Below are positions 8,755-18,676 of a stretch of 64,000 bases of DNA, piece after piece (position 1 is the first letter of the stretch; every line of letters starts with the position of its first letter). The notes below the pieces were generated by a model. It made no database searches and was not told where the DNA came from. It worked only from the letters and a program-made list of their open reading frames with translations. A program made the translations under genes and the position numbers. The stretch is from a virus. The DNA is taken from the IMG/VR virus record IMGVR_UViG_3300033156_000215, positions 6,723 to 70,722 of that record. One strand, written 5' to 3'.

Positions 8755-8988
8755 TCATCCTCTTGAGTGAATTACAGCGGTAGCTATGAATACAGTAACA
8801 AAAAAGCTAGCCCAAACAACAGTCATCACAGCGTACCAGCGTTCCTCAGCGTCAACGCCAAACCTTTCTTGAATACGTTCTCCTACCCAATCAACCAACT
8901 TATTCACGACCCAGACGGCACCGAACAGCACTACTATAGCGAAGAACACTAACACCCAAATTTTCAGAAATTCTACAACAAAAACCAT
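8755..8988 (-). CDS. Small two-TM membrane protein
   Basis: RBS AGGAG; two hydrophobic helices; similar architecture to 10993..11220. Confidence 0.65.
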   Translation of the reverse strand: MVFVVEFLKIWVLVFFAIVVLFGAVWVVNKLVDWVGERIQERFGVDAEERWYAVMTVVWASFFVTVFIATAVIHSRG

Positions 8989-9006
8989 GTTATTGCTCCT
9001 TGTTTT

Positions 9007-9291
9007 TTAGAGGTCTACAAGTTCTTCGAGAAGTTCTTTTCTTTTCTCAATTATTTTGTCTCTTAGCTTGCTAAAGTCGTTTGGCTCTATTTCTAAAGCG
9101 CAAGGATATTCTACTTGGATTACTACCTGATCTGGATTTAGCTCTATCAAGCTGTTCTTATCTTGATTAGTAGTATTAGTCATCGCTTCCCATCCTGGAT
9201 ATGATAGCTCTTCTTGCTTTCTCAGCACGATCAAGTTTCTTACAAAACTCTTTATGCTTCTCGAAATCCTCTTCATCAAAGAGAGGTTCAC
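9007..9291 (-). CDS. Hypothetical protein
   Basis: ORF in operon orientation; start uncertain. Confidence 0.45.
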   Translation of the reverse strand: MNLSLMKRISRSIKSFVRNLIVLRKQEELSYPGWEAMTNTTNQDKNSLIELNPDQVVIQVEYPCALEIEPNDFSKLRDKIIEKRKELLEELVDL

Positions 9292-9362
9292 TGTATAATA
9301 TTTCTTTGAGAATAAGAGCTAACACAGCACCGGCAAACATATAAACAAAAGCCATTCGACAA

Positions 9363-9548
9363 TTATCCTCTTCTCTTTCGTGATTTGATTATACCTACAA
9401 AATCCACAACTAGCAAAATGGTAATACCGAGCAAGATTACTGTAAGGTTTTTCGGATTCATTATAGGGATAGGTGAAGTAACGCTTGCGTATAGAAGATA
9501 GGAAACGCTAACGAAGCTGATAAGCAGAAGTATCAGCATTGGTATCAT
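9363..9548 (-). CDS. Small two-TM membrane protein
   Basis: Start MIPMLILL at 9548 overlaps the upstream stop (ATGA); two TM helices and a basic tail. Confidence 0.55.
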   Translation of the reverse strand: MIPMLILLLISFVSVSYLLYASVTSPIPIMNPKNLTVILLGITILLVVDFVGIIKSRKRRG

Positions 9549-10009
9549 CTTAGTACCTCTGTGAAATAACAGATTGTCAATCCCCAAGCGCAGAGAGAAA
9601 GAAAAAGAGTTACTATGGATTCGTAGATTGGTTGAGTAGTCCATTCGACAACTACATCAATAGCACCATAATTCACAAAGTTATCTCTGGTAAATCTTTT
9701 CTTGTTCATCCAAGTTGGAACAATGTTGCAAGCAAAAACGTAGACAAGATGAATCGGTATCCAGAAATCTATAACTTTTATTTCAGCAACCTTAAGGAGA
9801 CAAGCTAACGATATCATTATGCCCATCTCGATAGAAGCTATAAACATACAATATCTTGCTTTTGGTTTTAGTTTCTTACCTCCAAAATATCTACGATCTA
9901 CATAACATAGAAGCCAGGCTGGGATGTAAAGAGTAGCGAAGACAATAAAAAAGGTAGGAAAGAAACGGAGGATGGCTGACCAATTCAAATGTTGTAATAA
10001 AAAGATCAT
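9545..10009 (-). CDS. Multi-pass membrane protein
   Basis: RBS AGGAG; about 4 hydrophobic segments. Confidence 0.65.
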   Translation of the reverse strand: MIFLLQHLNWSAILRFFPTFFIVFATLYIPAWLLCYVDRRYFGGKKLKPKARYCMFIASIEMGIMISLACLLKVAEIKVIDFWIPIHLVYVFACNIVPTWMNKKRFTRDNFVNYGAIDVVVEWTTQPIYESIVTLFLSLCAWGLTICYFTEVLR

Positions 10010-10034
10010 GTTCGTATTAACTCCTGAATAGTTA

Positions 10035-10122
10035 TGCTATAATATTAACGTCTTTTAGCCCCCGTACAGACCTTCGGGTGTGTATGTGAAAGGCCGCTAA
10101 CTTTGCGGCCTTTCTGTGTTTT
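10035..10122 (+). ncRNA. Candidate antisense small RNA (promoter plus two hairpins)
   Basis: TGCTATAAT at 10035-10043; C(TTCG)G tetraloop hairpin ~10064-10085; GAAAGGCCGC/GCGGCCTTTC stem 10088-10114 with T-rich tail. Confidence 0.45.
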
Positions 10123-10489
10123 CTGAGTGTAAAAGCTCACATATCTCAGCAGCTCTTTTCTTAGCTTTATCTAATTCTTCTTTAGTCCAAGGAGTTGTAA
10201 TTTTGTATATGATTCTAATGTCTAAACCTGTAGGTGTATGCACCATCTTGAAATAATGCATAAAAGTTGATCCTGGTTTTATGAGCTTCTGATCTTCTTC
10301 ATCAAAGTAGTGAGTGTAGAGTATTTTCCGGTAGACGGGTATCAGCTTTTTTGGTTTTGTGATATTTGCTAGAATGGTATCTCCTTGTACTTCTAGAATT
10401 CTTCCTTCCCACATCTCAAGTATGCAGAAAGTCTTTTCGTCATTCTCTTTCATAGTTCTACTTAATGTCTGGTGGAGGGAGTGGATCAT
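10097..10489 (-). CDS. Hypothetical protein
   Basis: WEGRILEV..D....., D.KLIKPG..F, PWTKEEL..AK..A pattern seen in bacterial hypothetical proteins. Confidence 0.6.
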   Translation of the reverse strand: MIHSLHQTLSRTMKENDEKTFCILEMWEGRILEVQGDTILANITKPKKLIPVYRKILYTHYFDEEDQKLIKPGSTFMHYFKMVHTPTGLDIRIIYKITTPWTKEELDKAKKRAAEICELLHSENTERPQS

Positions 10490-10700
10490 GATCTTTTACT
10501 TCTAGTACTAACCGACCACAACCAAGAATCAAACGGCGTATATTCCAGAGAGCTTCGGCAGGATCAATCTCGTCTAGATGTTCACGACACCAATCTGCGT
10601 ATTTTAAAGCATCTAAGATTTGAGCTTCACGCTCTTCATCTTTTTCTTGCAAAAGCTTCTTGTTCTTTTTGCTAGGCTTCTTGATGGTTTTCTTCTTCAT
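10458..10700 (-). CDS. Hypothetical protein
   Basis: ORF track; overlaps its neighbours. Confidence 0.5.
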   Translation of the reverse strand: MKKKTIKKPSKKNKKLLQEKDEEREAQILDALKYADWCREHLDEIDPAEALWNIRRLILGCGRLVLEVKDHDPLPPPDIK

Positions 10701-10944
10701 TTCCCTTTGACTCCATTTGGCTATATATTTCTGTGTTATTGTCAGTGAAGCAGAATGTTACCCTGCACTTCTCGTTATAAATTCTATCCCAGACTATTCC
10801 AGTTCCTCCGCAAGTACGGCACATTTCTGGCTTGGTTACCAAAGTAATCCTTAAATTATCTATGTCATAGAATCCTCCTGGCACTAAGCCACGTCCGTTG
10901 CAGACTGGACACACGTGAGGTCTTGATTCCTGTCTATACCACAT
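10672..10944 (-). CDS. DnaJ-type zinc-finger protein
   Basis: CPVCNGRG...CRTCGGTG; RBS AGGAGG. Confidence 0.7.
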   Translation of the reverse strand: MWYRQESRPHVCPVCNGRGLVPGGFYDIDNLRITLVTKPEMCRTCGGTGIVWDRIYNEKCRVTFCFTDNNTEIYSQMESKGNEEENHQEA

Positions 10945-10992
10945 TCTATCCTCCTTTATTACTTTTACAAGCGAACATATTATTGTGAGTTG

Positions 10993-11220
10993 TTATACGC
11001 CTTCGAAGAAAATGCTTACGGCTATCGTAATGAGGCTTGCAGCGAAGAGAGTAGGCATCAGAATATTAAATAGAAGGTTGACACGGCGAGACCATTCTTC
11101 TCCCCAACGGAACTCAACCAGTTCTACTATCCAATCCATTGAATCTGGCAATATGTCTACAAAGAAAACTACTGCGATACTGGCAATCCATGTTATTAGG
11201 AATGTTTTTAGTACTGTCAT
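10993..11220 (-). CDS. Small two-TM membrane protein
   Basis: RBS AGGAG; two TM helices. Confidence 0.6.
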   Translation of the reverse strand: MTVLKTFLITWIASIAVVFFVDILPDSMDWIVELVEFRWGEEWSRRVNLLFNILMPTLFAASLITIAVSIFFEGV

Positions 11221-11239
11221 TGTTACTCCTTTCTTTTAT

Positions 11240-11494
11240 TCACACTATTGATGTCTTAGAGTTTAGTTCAGTTATTTCTTCTATTTTAAGTGGTTTACAA
11301 TCCTCGGTTTCCTCTACTGGTTCATAAGTCTTACGGAATATCTCGTCTTTGCAAGGATATTGTTCTCCGTTGATTCCAGTTATAAGCCAGTCTCCTGGCT
11401 CTCCAACCATATCTCCCTCCAAGGTATGGATTGTTACTTTACGGGTTAGTCTGACTGCATCTACTACTACCGGTTTCTTCCTGTACTTGGCCAT
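11240..11494 (-). CDS. Conserved phage protein, PGDYG-like family
   Basis: YRKKPVVVDA...TLEGDM..EPGDWLITG..GEQYPCK.EIF.KTYE. Confidence 0.8.
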   Translation of the reverse strand: MAKYRKKPVVVDAVRLTRKVTIHTLEGDMVGEPGDWLITGINGEQYPCKDEIFRKTYEPVEETEDCKPLKIEEITELNSKTSIV

Positions 11495-11509
11495 TATTCT
11501 ATCCTCAAT

Positions 11510-11776
11510 TTACTCTTCTGGCAAATCTGGCATAGGCATCCAGTGAGTAATCCGTATCTTCTCGTCATAAGAGTCGAAATCATAAGGTCGTATGCCGTAT
11601 AAATCCCAAACTAGTTCCCAATCATTAGTGTAATAGTTATACCAGCCTATGTCTATTTCCCTCTCACCGTTGGGTAGCTGTAAGACTACCAATACGAAAT
11701 CAGATAGCCATGACAGCTCTCCGTCGATTATCTGGTCTTGTGGAGGTAATCTTTCTTCTACAAGAATCCACTTCAT
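11510..11776 (-). CDS. DUF551-like phage protein
   Basis: WI.V.ERLP ... ITHWMPMPDLP. Confidence 0.8.
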   Translation of the reverse strand: MKWILVEERLPPQDQIIDGELSWLSDFVLVVLQLPNGEREIDIGWYNYYTNDWELVWDLYGIRPYDFDSYDEKIRITHWMPMPDLPEE

Positions 11777-11778
11777 GT

Positions 11779-12129
11779 TTACTCTTCCTTTTCCTCTTCT
11801 TCGTCTTCGACTTTGATATCTAACTGTTCACAGAGATCAAGAACCTCCCTAGCAAAAGCCGCAGGCCAGTCTTGCTTGAGTTCTACTTTCTGCTTGAGGA
11901 AAGTAACCAAGTTTCGATCCTTGATTTCAATATTCCATTCCTTGCTAGTATCACGCCAAGTAAAGCCTGTGGAAGTAGATTGTAAACCTATTTCTTTACT
12001 CTCCTCATCTGACATTTCTAATAAATCAATTAGTTTTAGAGCTTTGTTAATAGTTCTCAAATCTCCTTGTACTTGATTCATAAGCATAAGTAGTTGTAAC
12101 CTTTGCCATGTAGTAAGATTCAATTTCAT
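11779..12129 (-). CDS. Hypothetical protein (possible tail-fibre-associated chaperone)
   Basis: Lies near the tail fibre gene; helical. Confidence 0.5.
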   Translation of the reverse strand: MKLNLTTWQRLQLLMLMNQVQGDLRTINKALKLIDLLEMSDEESKEIGLQSTSTGFTWRDTSKEWNIEIKDRNLVTFLKQKVELKQDWPAAFAREVLDLCEQLDIKVEDEEEEKEE

Positions 12130-12132
12130 GTT

Positions 12133-12336
12133 CTAATACTCCTCTTTTTCTGTAGGATATCCGTTTTCAGCGCACTCCCAGTATAACTCAATACCCAAAT
12201 CGTGCGCAAGTTTGTCGAAACAAGAGGGACAAAGAAGCCCGTTTTGTTTCTTACCGGTGATTCTAGTCCAGAGTCTATCCGGTGCTCTCCAAACAGTTGA
12301 GTAGAGTTTACCGTAGTTCTGACATTGCTCGCTCAT
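12133..12336 (-). CDS. Small Zn-finger-like protein
   Basis: CQNYG...W.AP..LW...LLCPSCF. Confidence 0.55.
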   Translation of the reverse strand: MSEQCQNYGKLYSTVWRAPDRLWTRITGKKQNGLLCPSCFDKLAHDLGIELYWECAENGYPTEKEEY

Positions 12337-12340
12337 TGGT

Positions 12341-12649
12341 CTAGTTTCTATTTTTTTCTTCGAACTTGTGGAACCCTACATCTCTCACTTCATCTTCTGT
12401 TACTTCATACGCTTTTCCTTTTACTTCCTGTATCTCAATGTAACGAGGCTTGCCTTCCCATTCCCAAGCGTTTCTCCTTATTCGGTTGAGAATAGCCTCA
12501 ATCGCTTCATTTGCGCTGTTAGCTCCTGAACCTGGTGACAAGAAACTTTCTATAGAGCCTATGACTCTTCCCTTATTATCTAGCTTGATGAATTCACAAC
12601 GCCAACGACCATTATTGTGTCTAAGGCACCTATTCACTACCAATCTCAT
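12341..12649 (-). CDS. Hypothetical protein
   Basis: Directly follows the tail fibre stop. Confidence 0.55.
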   Translation of the reverse strand: MRLVVNRCLRHNNGRWRCEFIKLDNKGRVIGSIESFLSPGSGANSANEAIEAILNRIRRNAWEWEGKPRYIEIQEVKGKAYEVTEDEVRDVGFHKFEEKNRN

Positions 12650-12651
12650 TT

Positions 12652-15600
12652 TTATAGCCCTCCCGTATATATCCCACCAGCGAAGTTCAAAGAAGCGGTT
12701 GATTTGTTCAAATCGCCTGCGTAAGTTCTGGTTGGATCTATCATCCAGTGATAGAGCCCTGTTCTGTCTATATCCAAATCAACCTCGGTGCTACTTACAT
12801 CTTCCACTAGGCTGGTATAAATCTGGCCCCAGCTTGTAGCCGAAAAACTTACATCAGTCACTATCCCTGCCGAACTTGATGCTCCTGTAGCAGTACCTAA
12901 ATCAAATCTAGTATCAGCTCGGATTACACCAGCTACGTGAAGATGTTGTTGAGGTTCTGTCCCAATACCAACAAGACCGCCAAAATAGTTAGGAGCATTA
13001 CCGTCTTGATAGATGCCATAATCTACGTTGCTCATCTCATTCAAGTAGATCATATACGTATTGCCAGTTACAGTACCATCAGCATCTACTTGTAGATATA
13101 ATCCGCGGATATCGCCATCTACGGTGTTAGCTGCCTCCTGATCCACCCAGCCGAACAAAGCTATTGCATTGTTGGAAACAGTACCGGCATCTAGATTGGC
13201 AAAAGCACGCAGAGCTTCGACGTTGGCTGTAACAGTACCACCTTCAACTTGAGCTATCGAGCGTATTCCGTGTAAGTTTCTTGTACCTGAAACAGCATTA
13301 CCGACACTACCGTTTTGAAGCCTTGCCCAAGCATCTACACCATAAGTATGGCCTACCTCGCCACCCGATTGGTTGATTATCAGATAGTGAAATGAGCCAC
13401 GCATGATATGGTTGTAGTTTGAAGCTCCTGCCGTCTTTGTTGCCTCAGCTCTAATGACACTATGACTTGTATCGGTATTTAGCGCGCTATTGTAAACATG
13501 CATTTTGGCATTAGTACTACTGGCACCGGAACCAACAAGCATGGCTCCCTCGATGGCAAGAGTGTCAGGAGAATACAGCACATTCGCAGCGCTGCGGTAC
13601 AATTGTGTATCACCACCAATAAGAATACCCGCAGAAGAACCTTCTGCTCGCAGTTCTAACTGACCTGTTGGCGCTAAGCGCATCCAATAATTACCCTGCA
13701 CCATGAAACGAATTCCGTTGAATTCGCCAGTACCAGGGCTCATATCTATTCCACACGACCCGTCTGCGTCGTAGGAATAAAGATGAATGTAAGCGTACCC
13801 GCCTTCGGTACCACCATTGCCGAGAGAAATACGAGAATAATATTGAATATCCCCTTGCCCTTTAGTTTCTAAGGTTAGGAATCCGAGCTCGTATTCTCTG
13901 TTGCGGTTTACGATCAGCGATAGTTCCGGCCCTCCTGAGCCATAAAACCCTCCAGCAATCCGTGCTACCTCATTGCCACCAGGTGGATCTACTTGAGAAC
14001 GCCAAGCAATGGAATTGTATGCGTCAATGGACTCAGCAGTACCATCGAATGTTAAGCCTGTGCTGTCCAGTACTCCTTGGCCTCCGCCAAACATTGCTCG
14101 GCCGTCGCTACTGCGAATGTAGAATTGCTTGGTCGTGGCATCGCTGTAACCGGCGATCTCATCGCTGTTTATTTCAATGCGGGCGTCGCTAGGCGTGCCT
14201 ATCAGGATGTGCCCTCCATCAATGAAGACTTCGCTAGCGCTGCAAGATCGCCAAGGAGACGCATAGGAGCCACGCTCCAGTTGGAAACAGTCAAACCTGA
14301 AATAACCGCTTGTGTCACGAATGTACACATCTACGACAACTTTATTACAGTTAGAATCGAGGGTTGCAGTCACACGAGCACGTTGATAATTGCCATTTCC
14401 TGTGTTCAGCTCAAGGGTAGCGCGAGTAGCCCTAAGCCAAGTAGTATCTTGGTACTCGACAAGTCGGAGCGAGTGCAGGGGATTCGTAGTTCCCTCACTG
14501 TTGCTCCAAGAGCAGTAATACACGCTGAGCGTATATGTTCTACCACCTTCTACTGGAAACTCTTGACGGATGTATTTAGTCGTTTCTAGCTCACCGCGTA
14601 TATAACCGCTTCGAGGCCCGTAGTAATGTTCCCCCCAAGTGGAGACAGTTACCTCGCTGCCACTAAGAATCCAATAATCATCTCCGAGTGAAAAGTCGCT
14701 ATTTGGTATTAAGTTACCGCTACCTTCGCGTACTTCGCCTCCAGTTACCGTGATAGAACCGACAACAGTAACATCTCCATCAGCGGTTACTGTAAAGTTC
14801 TCATTTCCTGCTCCCGCACCAAGCCAAAATAAGTAATCGCTACCAGATGCAGAAGGATCAATCCTTCCTCTTAGTGTTCCGCTAGAATCGTAAATATTGA
14901 AGTCTACTCCATGTAAAGTGAACTCAGTACTTCCATCAGAGACTTTACGATATGCTGTGAAGTATTTCTTACTTCCAGCGCTAAGATCACCTATAGCAAT
15001 ACCATAACGTTCGCTATTGTCACCAAGAATTCCTTGAAGATTACCAAATTGAGTTTGTGTAAGCCAATCTGATATTCCTGAACCGGTACGGCTGGTTACT
15101 CTTACATAAGGCCCTTCATCATCTGTACTTCCTCCAACAAGGAGTACCCAACCGCCTTCGTCGTCTCTTCCCCATTCTGTTACTGCGGTACCTTCTCCCC
15201 AAGCGCAAAGTGCACCGCCAGCATAAGTTGATACATTTCGAGTTACTTTGTATTGATATCCTTTGTATTCTTCATCCCAAGTTCCATTTACAGCATCGGA
15301 GATAACCTTCATCCATTCTACTTGAATCAAGAGAGGATCTTCTAGACTTACTAGTGTTTGCAAACGTAACCAAGAGCCTACAGCAAAGACAGGATCTTCC
15401 ACAATAATAATATTGTCGCCGGTGTTTGCTGTAAGGGCTTTCTTCAAAGGAGCTGCGTTTGTTACCATGAAATAACCGTTGAGTGCATTAACTTCTTTGT
15501 ATGTAAATGTAGTAGCATAGAGTGCACCACGGATAAATGCAGAGTTGAACTCAGCTCTTCCGTCCCAAGTAATCTGCCAGCCTTGTCCATCAATCCCTGA

Positions 15601-17052
15601 GACAAAGTTACTGGACATTAAATCGCCTTCGTTATTGGCTATAATGCGGGCATTGCCTTGATAATCTTCTAATCTCCAGAGGTGGTTGGTCTGATTCTGT
15701 AGTGCTCGAACTACTATACCTCTCTGGTCTGTCTGAGCCGGTCGTACGACAAGTCCTGCGTTATAACTGCTTAGATCAATTCCCGAATTGATACCAACTT
15801 GATCTGCTGAAGAATCAACGAATAATGTATCTGTATCTACAGCAAGATTTCCAGATATTGCACCAGAACCTTGAACATCCAGCTCTGTAGAAGGAGTTTT
15901 ACCGATACCTAGCTGAGTATCTACGACTAAAGTGTCAGGAGTTCTTAGAATATTAGCTGCGCTACGGTATAGCTCTACATCAGTTCCAAAAGCTATACCT
16001 CCAGCAGGAGTAGTATGTGTAGCAAGTTCTATCCTGTGATTAGAGTCGGTTGTACCTAAACTAAGATTACCATCTATTACAAAGCTGTCAGGTGTTCTTA
16101 TAGTATCAGTACTATCTCGATATAATTGAGTATCTCCACCAATAAATAAACCGTTGCTTAGACCTTGTCCAGTGATTGTGATGGAATTGCTTGCTACTAA
16201 GTCTGGTAGGTTTAGAGTACCAGTCATTGTATCGCCAGTTACGTTTACATATTGATCGTCGAAGAGGTTGATAATTCCAGAAGAAGGCAAGCTCAGAACT
16301 ACTCTTGAATCGTATGTCCCTTCCATATACAGAGTGAGAACTACGTCATTTCCTGCACCGGTAACATTGGCATAGATTTTTAGAACTATGCGATCTGTAG
16401 AATCTAGAGTAATATCTGATTGTTTGATTGCTGCGAGAATGTGTTGTACTGTATCAACAGTTATTTCATCGCTTTCATTACTGGTAATTAGCAAAGTTTC
16501 TGTACCAGATTCATCTCTCTTGAATAACTTCCAGTAAATGTTAGCTGTTTTGTTTCCAGTCTTCTTTAGGTAGCAAGTTAGAGCATAAGTTCCTGCTGAC
16601 ATTTTTTCTAGACCAGGATAACCTGGCTCAGTTACGAATGACCAGACTAGTTGATCGTTGCCTATTCCTAGAGCAGGAGAAACCAGAGTTGAAGTATCTT
16701 CTTCCGTATCTTGTGATGCTAGCTTGTAATAGCCTGAAACATCTGAACTAGAATCTGTGAGATAGAAATCCCAAGGAGTGACGCTAAGAAGTACAGCAGG
16801 ATCAACTTCTACTTTGTAAGTTTCATTGTCTCCTGCGTTTTGTATAGAAAAGTCAATACCAGGCCCTTCTTCAACCTTATCATTGAGAAATCCAGGATAA
16901 GCGTCTCCAGCACTTACCGCTACTTTCCTATCTGAGGAAACAACTGTGCTAGAACTTACAGCTCCTGAGCTTACTACTACGCTAGGCCCTGCTTGAGCTT
17001 TATTCAAATATTTTCTTAGATTTATGCGTCTAATAGCATCATTCTTAGGCAT
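12652..17052 (-). CDS. Large tail fibre / receptor-binding protein with carbohydrate-binding-like domain
   Basis: 1466 aa, G/S/T/D-rich; YVNVTGDTMTG.L, GIGKTP..ELDV, GIGTEP...LHVAG fibre motifs; NLIPNSDF...W CBM-like domain; end of the tail module. Confidence 0.85.
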   Translation of the reverse strand: MPKNDAIRRINLRKYLNKAQAGPSVVVSSGAVSSSTVVSSDRKVAVSAGDAYPGFLNDKVEEGPGIDFSIQNAGDNETYKVEVDPAVLLSVTPWDFYLTDSSSDVSGYYKLASQDTEEDTSTLVSPALGIGNDQLVWSFVTEPGYPGLEKMSAGTYALTCYLKKTGNKTANIYWKLFKRDESGTETLLITSNESDEITVDTVQHILAAIKQSDITLDSTDRIVLKIYANVTGAGNDVVLTLYMEGTYDSRVVLSLPSSGIINLFDDQYVNVTGDTMTGTLNLPDLVASNSITITGQGLSNGLFIGGDTQLYRDSTDTIRTPDSFVIDGNLSLGTTDSNHRIELATHTTPAGGIAFGTDVELYRSAANILRTPDTLVVDTQLGIGKTPSTELDVQGSGAISGNLAVDTDTLFVDSSADQVGINSGIDLSSYNAGLVVRPAQTDQRGIVVRALQNQTNHLWRLEDYQGNARIIANNEGDLMSSNFVSGIDGQGWQITWDGRAEFNSAFIRGALYATTFTYKEVNALNGYFMVTNAAPLKKALTANTGDNIIIVEDPVFAVGSWLRLQTLVSLEDPLLIQVEWMKVISDAVNGTWDEEYKGYQYKVTRNVSTYAGGALCAWGEGTAVTEWGRDDEGGWVLLVGGSTDDEGPYVRVTSRTGSGISDWLTQTQFGNLQGILGDNSERYGIAIGDLSAGSKKYFTAYRKVSDGSTEFTLHGVDFNIYDSSGTLRGRIDPSASGSDYLFWLGAGAGNENFTVTADGDVTVVGSITVTGGEVREGSGNLIPNSDFSLGDDYWILSGSEVTVSTWGEHYYGPRSGYIRGELETTKYIRQEFPVEGGRTYTLSVYYCSWSNSEGTTNPLHSLRLVEYQDTTWLRATRATLELNTGNGNYQRARVTATLDSNCNKVVVDVYIRDTSGYFRFDCFQLERGSYASPWRSCSASEVFIDGGHILIGTPSDARIEINSDEIAGYSDATTKQFYIRSSDGRAMFGGGQGVLDSTGLTFDGTAESIDAYNSIAWRSQVDPPGGNEVARIAGGFYGSGGPELSLIVNRNREYELGFLTLETKGQGDIQYYSRISLGNGGTEGGYAYIHLYSYDADGSCGIDMSPGTGEFNGIRFMVQGNYWMRLAPTGQLELRAEGSSAGILIGGDTQLYRSAANVLYSPDTLAIEGAMLVGSGASSTNAKMHVYNSALNTDTSHSVIRAEATKTAGASNYNHIMRGSFHYLIINQSGGEVGHTYGVDAWARLQNGSVGNAVSGTRNLHGIRSIAQVEGGTVTANVEALRAFANLDAGTVSNNAIALFGWVDQEAANTVDGDIRGLYLQVDADGTVTGNTYMIYLNEMSNVDYGIYQDGNAPNYFGGLVGIGTEPQQHLHVAGVIRADTRFDLGTATGASSSAGIVTDVSFSATSWGQIYTSLVEDVSSTEVDLDIDRTGLYHWMIDPTRTYAGDLNKSTASLNFAGGIYTGGL

Positions 17053-17058
17053 AACCTA

Positions 17059-18663
17059 TCACCCACATTCAGTCTCAGTCAATGCATAGTCCTCGAAGGC
17101 TACATAAGCACCAGTAACAAAGTATTCCATTCCGTAAGCTAACCAAGATATTGAGTCTAAATCCAAAGTTTGCAAAGCTGAAATCGTATTTCCTGATGAA
17201 TCATATTCTATCTTTGAATCACCTAAATCATATGAGAATAGAGGATCTTTCCATACTCCGTTTTCGTCTACAAGATCTGTAGTTCCATCTGCTCTTGTAA
17301 CTGACTCTATCCTACCTTGACCTATCCACCTTAACCATCTGTGTCTATGAAGTATTTTATACCTGTTCAAAGTAGTTTCAATTACGTACGCTCCTCCGAT
17401 TGTTCCACCATGATCTCTGGTTATTCCACCAGCATAATCTGCTTCAGAAAACATCCAAGTAGTAAGAGGATGCCAGGAATAAAGAATGTAATCTCCGTTA
17501 TTTAGATTATCTATGTCATCACAAATAAGATTTAGTTGTGCTGCTGTCGGTTGATCCAAATAGCTGAATCTAGGCATTGGAGATGTTCTACCGTCTCCAG
17601 AACTTCTGAGTTGTATAGACAGATCTGTTAGAGATATCTTAGGGTTATTGTCAGTTTCTGCATCGTTTTTGATTCCAATATAAACTTTATAAAGATTTCC
17701 AGGTGTCATGCCTATAGTGGTTAGATCAAAAGTCTCTGAGTATGGATAAGGAGTCAAACCGTTAGTTATTGAAGAATCTATAGTACGGAGAGTATAGTTG
17801 AAATCTCCTCCTCCGGAAAAAGTGGTAGTGTTATCTTGATCGAACGAAGTTATCTGAATATTAATACTGGCATCAGTACTAGTAGTAGCAGTAATACCTT
17901 CTACTAAACCTTCTACAGTTAGTTCTCCCATACCTAGATACCTGAACACTCCGTGATACATTCCTAAATAGCCATCTGCTTGGTGATGCTCTAATTTCTG
18001 TAAGTAAGCAGAATCAAAAGGTTTATCCGCTCTGTACTTTAGTTTTTCCTGGTTACTTAGTATTGTGTTGAAATCAGTTGCAGTCGGTATTATTCCATCA
18101 TCAAAAGTAGGATTAGTGTCTAGGCTTTGTTCCCCGCCAGACAAAGCAGCATAGAATACCCAGATACGATAGGTTTCTGTATTTGGATCATCTATACCTG
18201 TTACATAAAACCTAGCTCTGAAGCTTTCGTCTTGCATCTCATAACTTGAAATATCATAAGTATTCCATTGGGTATTATTGAAGAAAGCATTATCTGTAGT
18301 TCCTGCTGCTACAGAAAAAGTCCAGGAATCCAAGGTTTGCCAACCATAATTCTCAGTACCAGGAGTTTTAGCCCAGATTTGTAGAGAAACAGTTACACCT
18401 TGAGTAGATGAACCGCTATTTTCTAGCCTTACTCCTGCTGAGAAATGGAACTGTGTATGCTCTGATCTGTAGGTAGTGACTCCAGTCCATCCCCAACCAG
18501 GAGTACCAATGTTATGTCCTTCCCAAGTCTTTTGTTTGAAGAGATAAGTCTTAGCAGTTGCTACTCCGTAGAGATAATTATTTCTATCTACAAGCGGATT
18601 CATAAACGAATCAGCACCAAGAACTTGTCCGGTTTGTACTGTGCTTAGATATCTCCACTCCAT
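17059..18663 (-). CDS. Tail tip / baseplate protein
   Basis: Repeated P(T)A.(D/Q)(F/L)N...N motifs typical of tail-tip N-termini; position in the tail module. Confidence 0.65.
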   Translation of the reverse strand: MEWRYLSTVQTGQVLGADSFMNPLVDRNNYLYGVATAKTYLFKQKTWEGHNIGTPGWGWTGVTTYRSEHTQFHFSAGVRLENSGSSTQGVTVSLQIWAKTPGTENYGWQTLDSWTFSVAAGTTDNAFFNNTQWNTYDISSYEMQDESFRARFYVTGIDDPNTETYRIWVFYAALSGGEQSLDTNPTFDDGIIPTATDFNTILSNQEKLKYRADKPFDSAYLQKLEHHQADGYLGMYHGVFRYLGMGELTVEGLVEGITATTSTDASINIQITSFDQDNTTTFSGGGDFNYTLRTIDSSITNGLTPYPYSETFDLTTIGMTPGNLYKVYIGIKNDAETDNNPKISLTDLSIQLRSSGDGRTSPMPRFSYLDQPTAAQLNLICDDIDNLNNGDYILYSWHPLTTWMFSEADYAGGITRDHGGTIGGAYVIETTLNRYKILHRHRWLRWIGQGRIESVTRADGTTDLVDENGVWKDPLFSYDLGDSKIEYDSSGNTISALQTLDLDSISWLAYGMEYFVTGAYVAFEDYALTETECG

Positions 18664-18676
18664 TTACTTCTTACTC

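Noticed and set aside
12652-17052. Diversity-generating retroelement targeting the tail fibre or the paralog array
   Set aside because: No reverse transcriptase and no TR/VR pair differing at adenines is visible.
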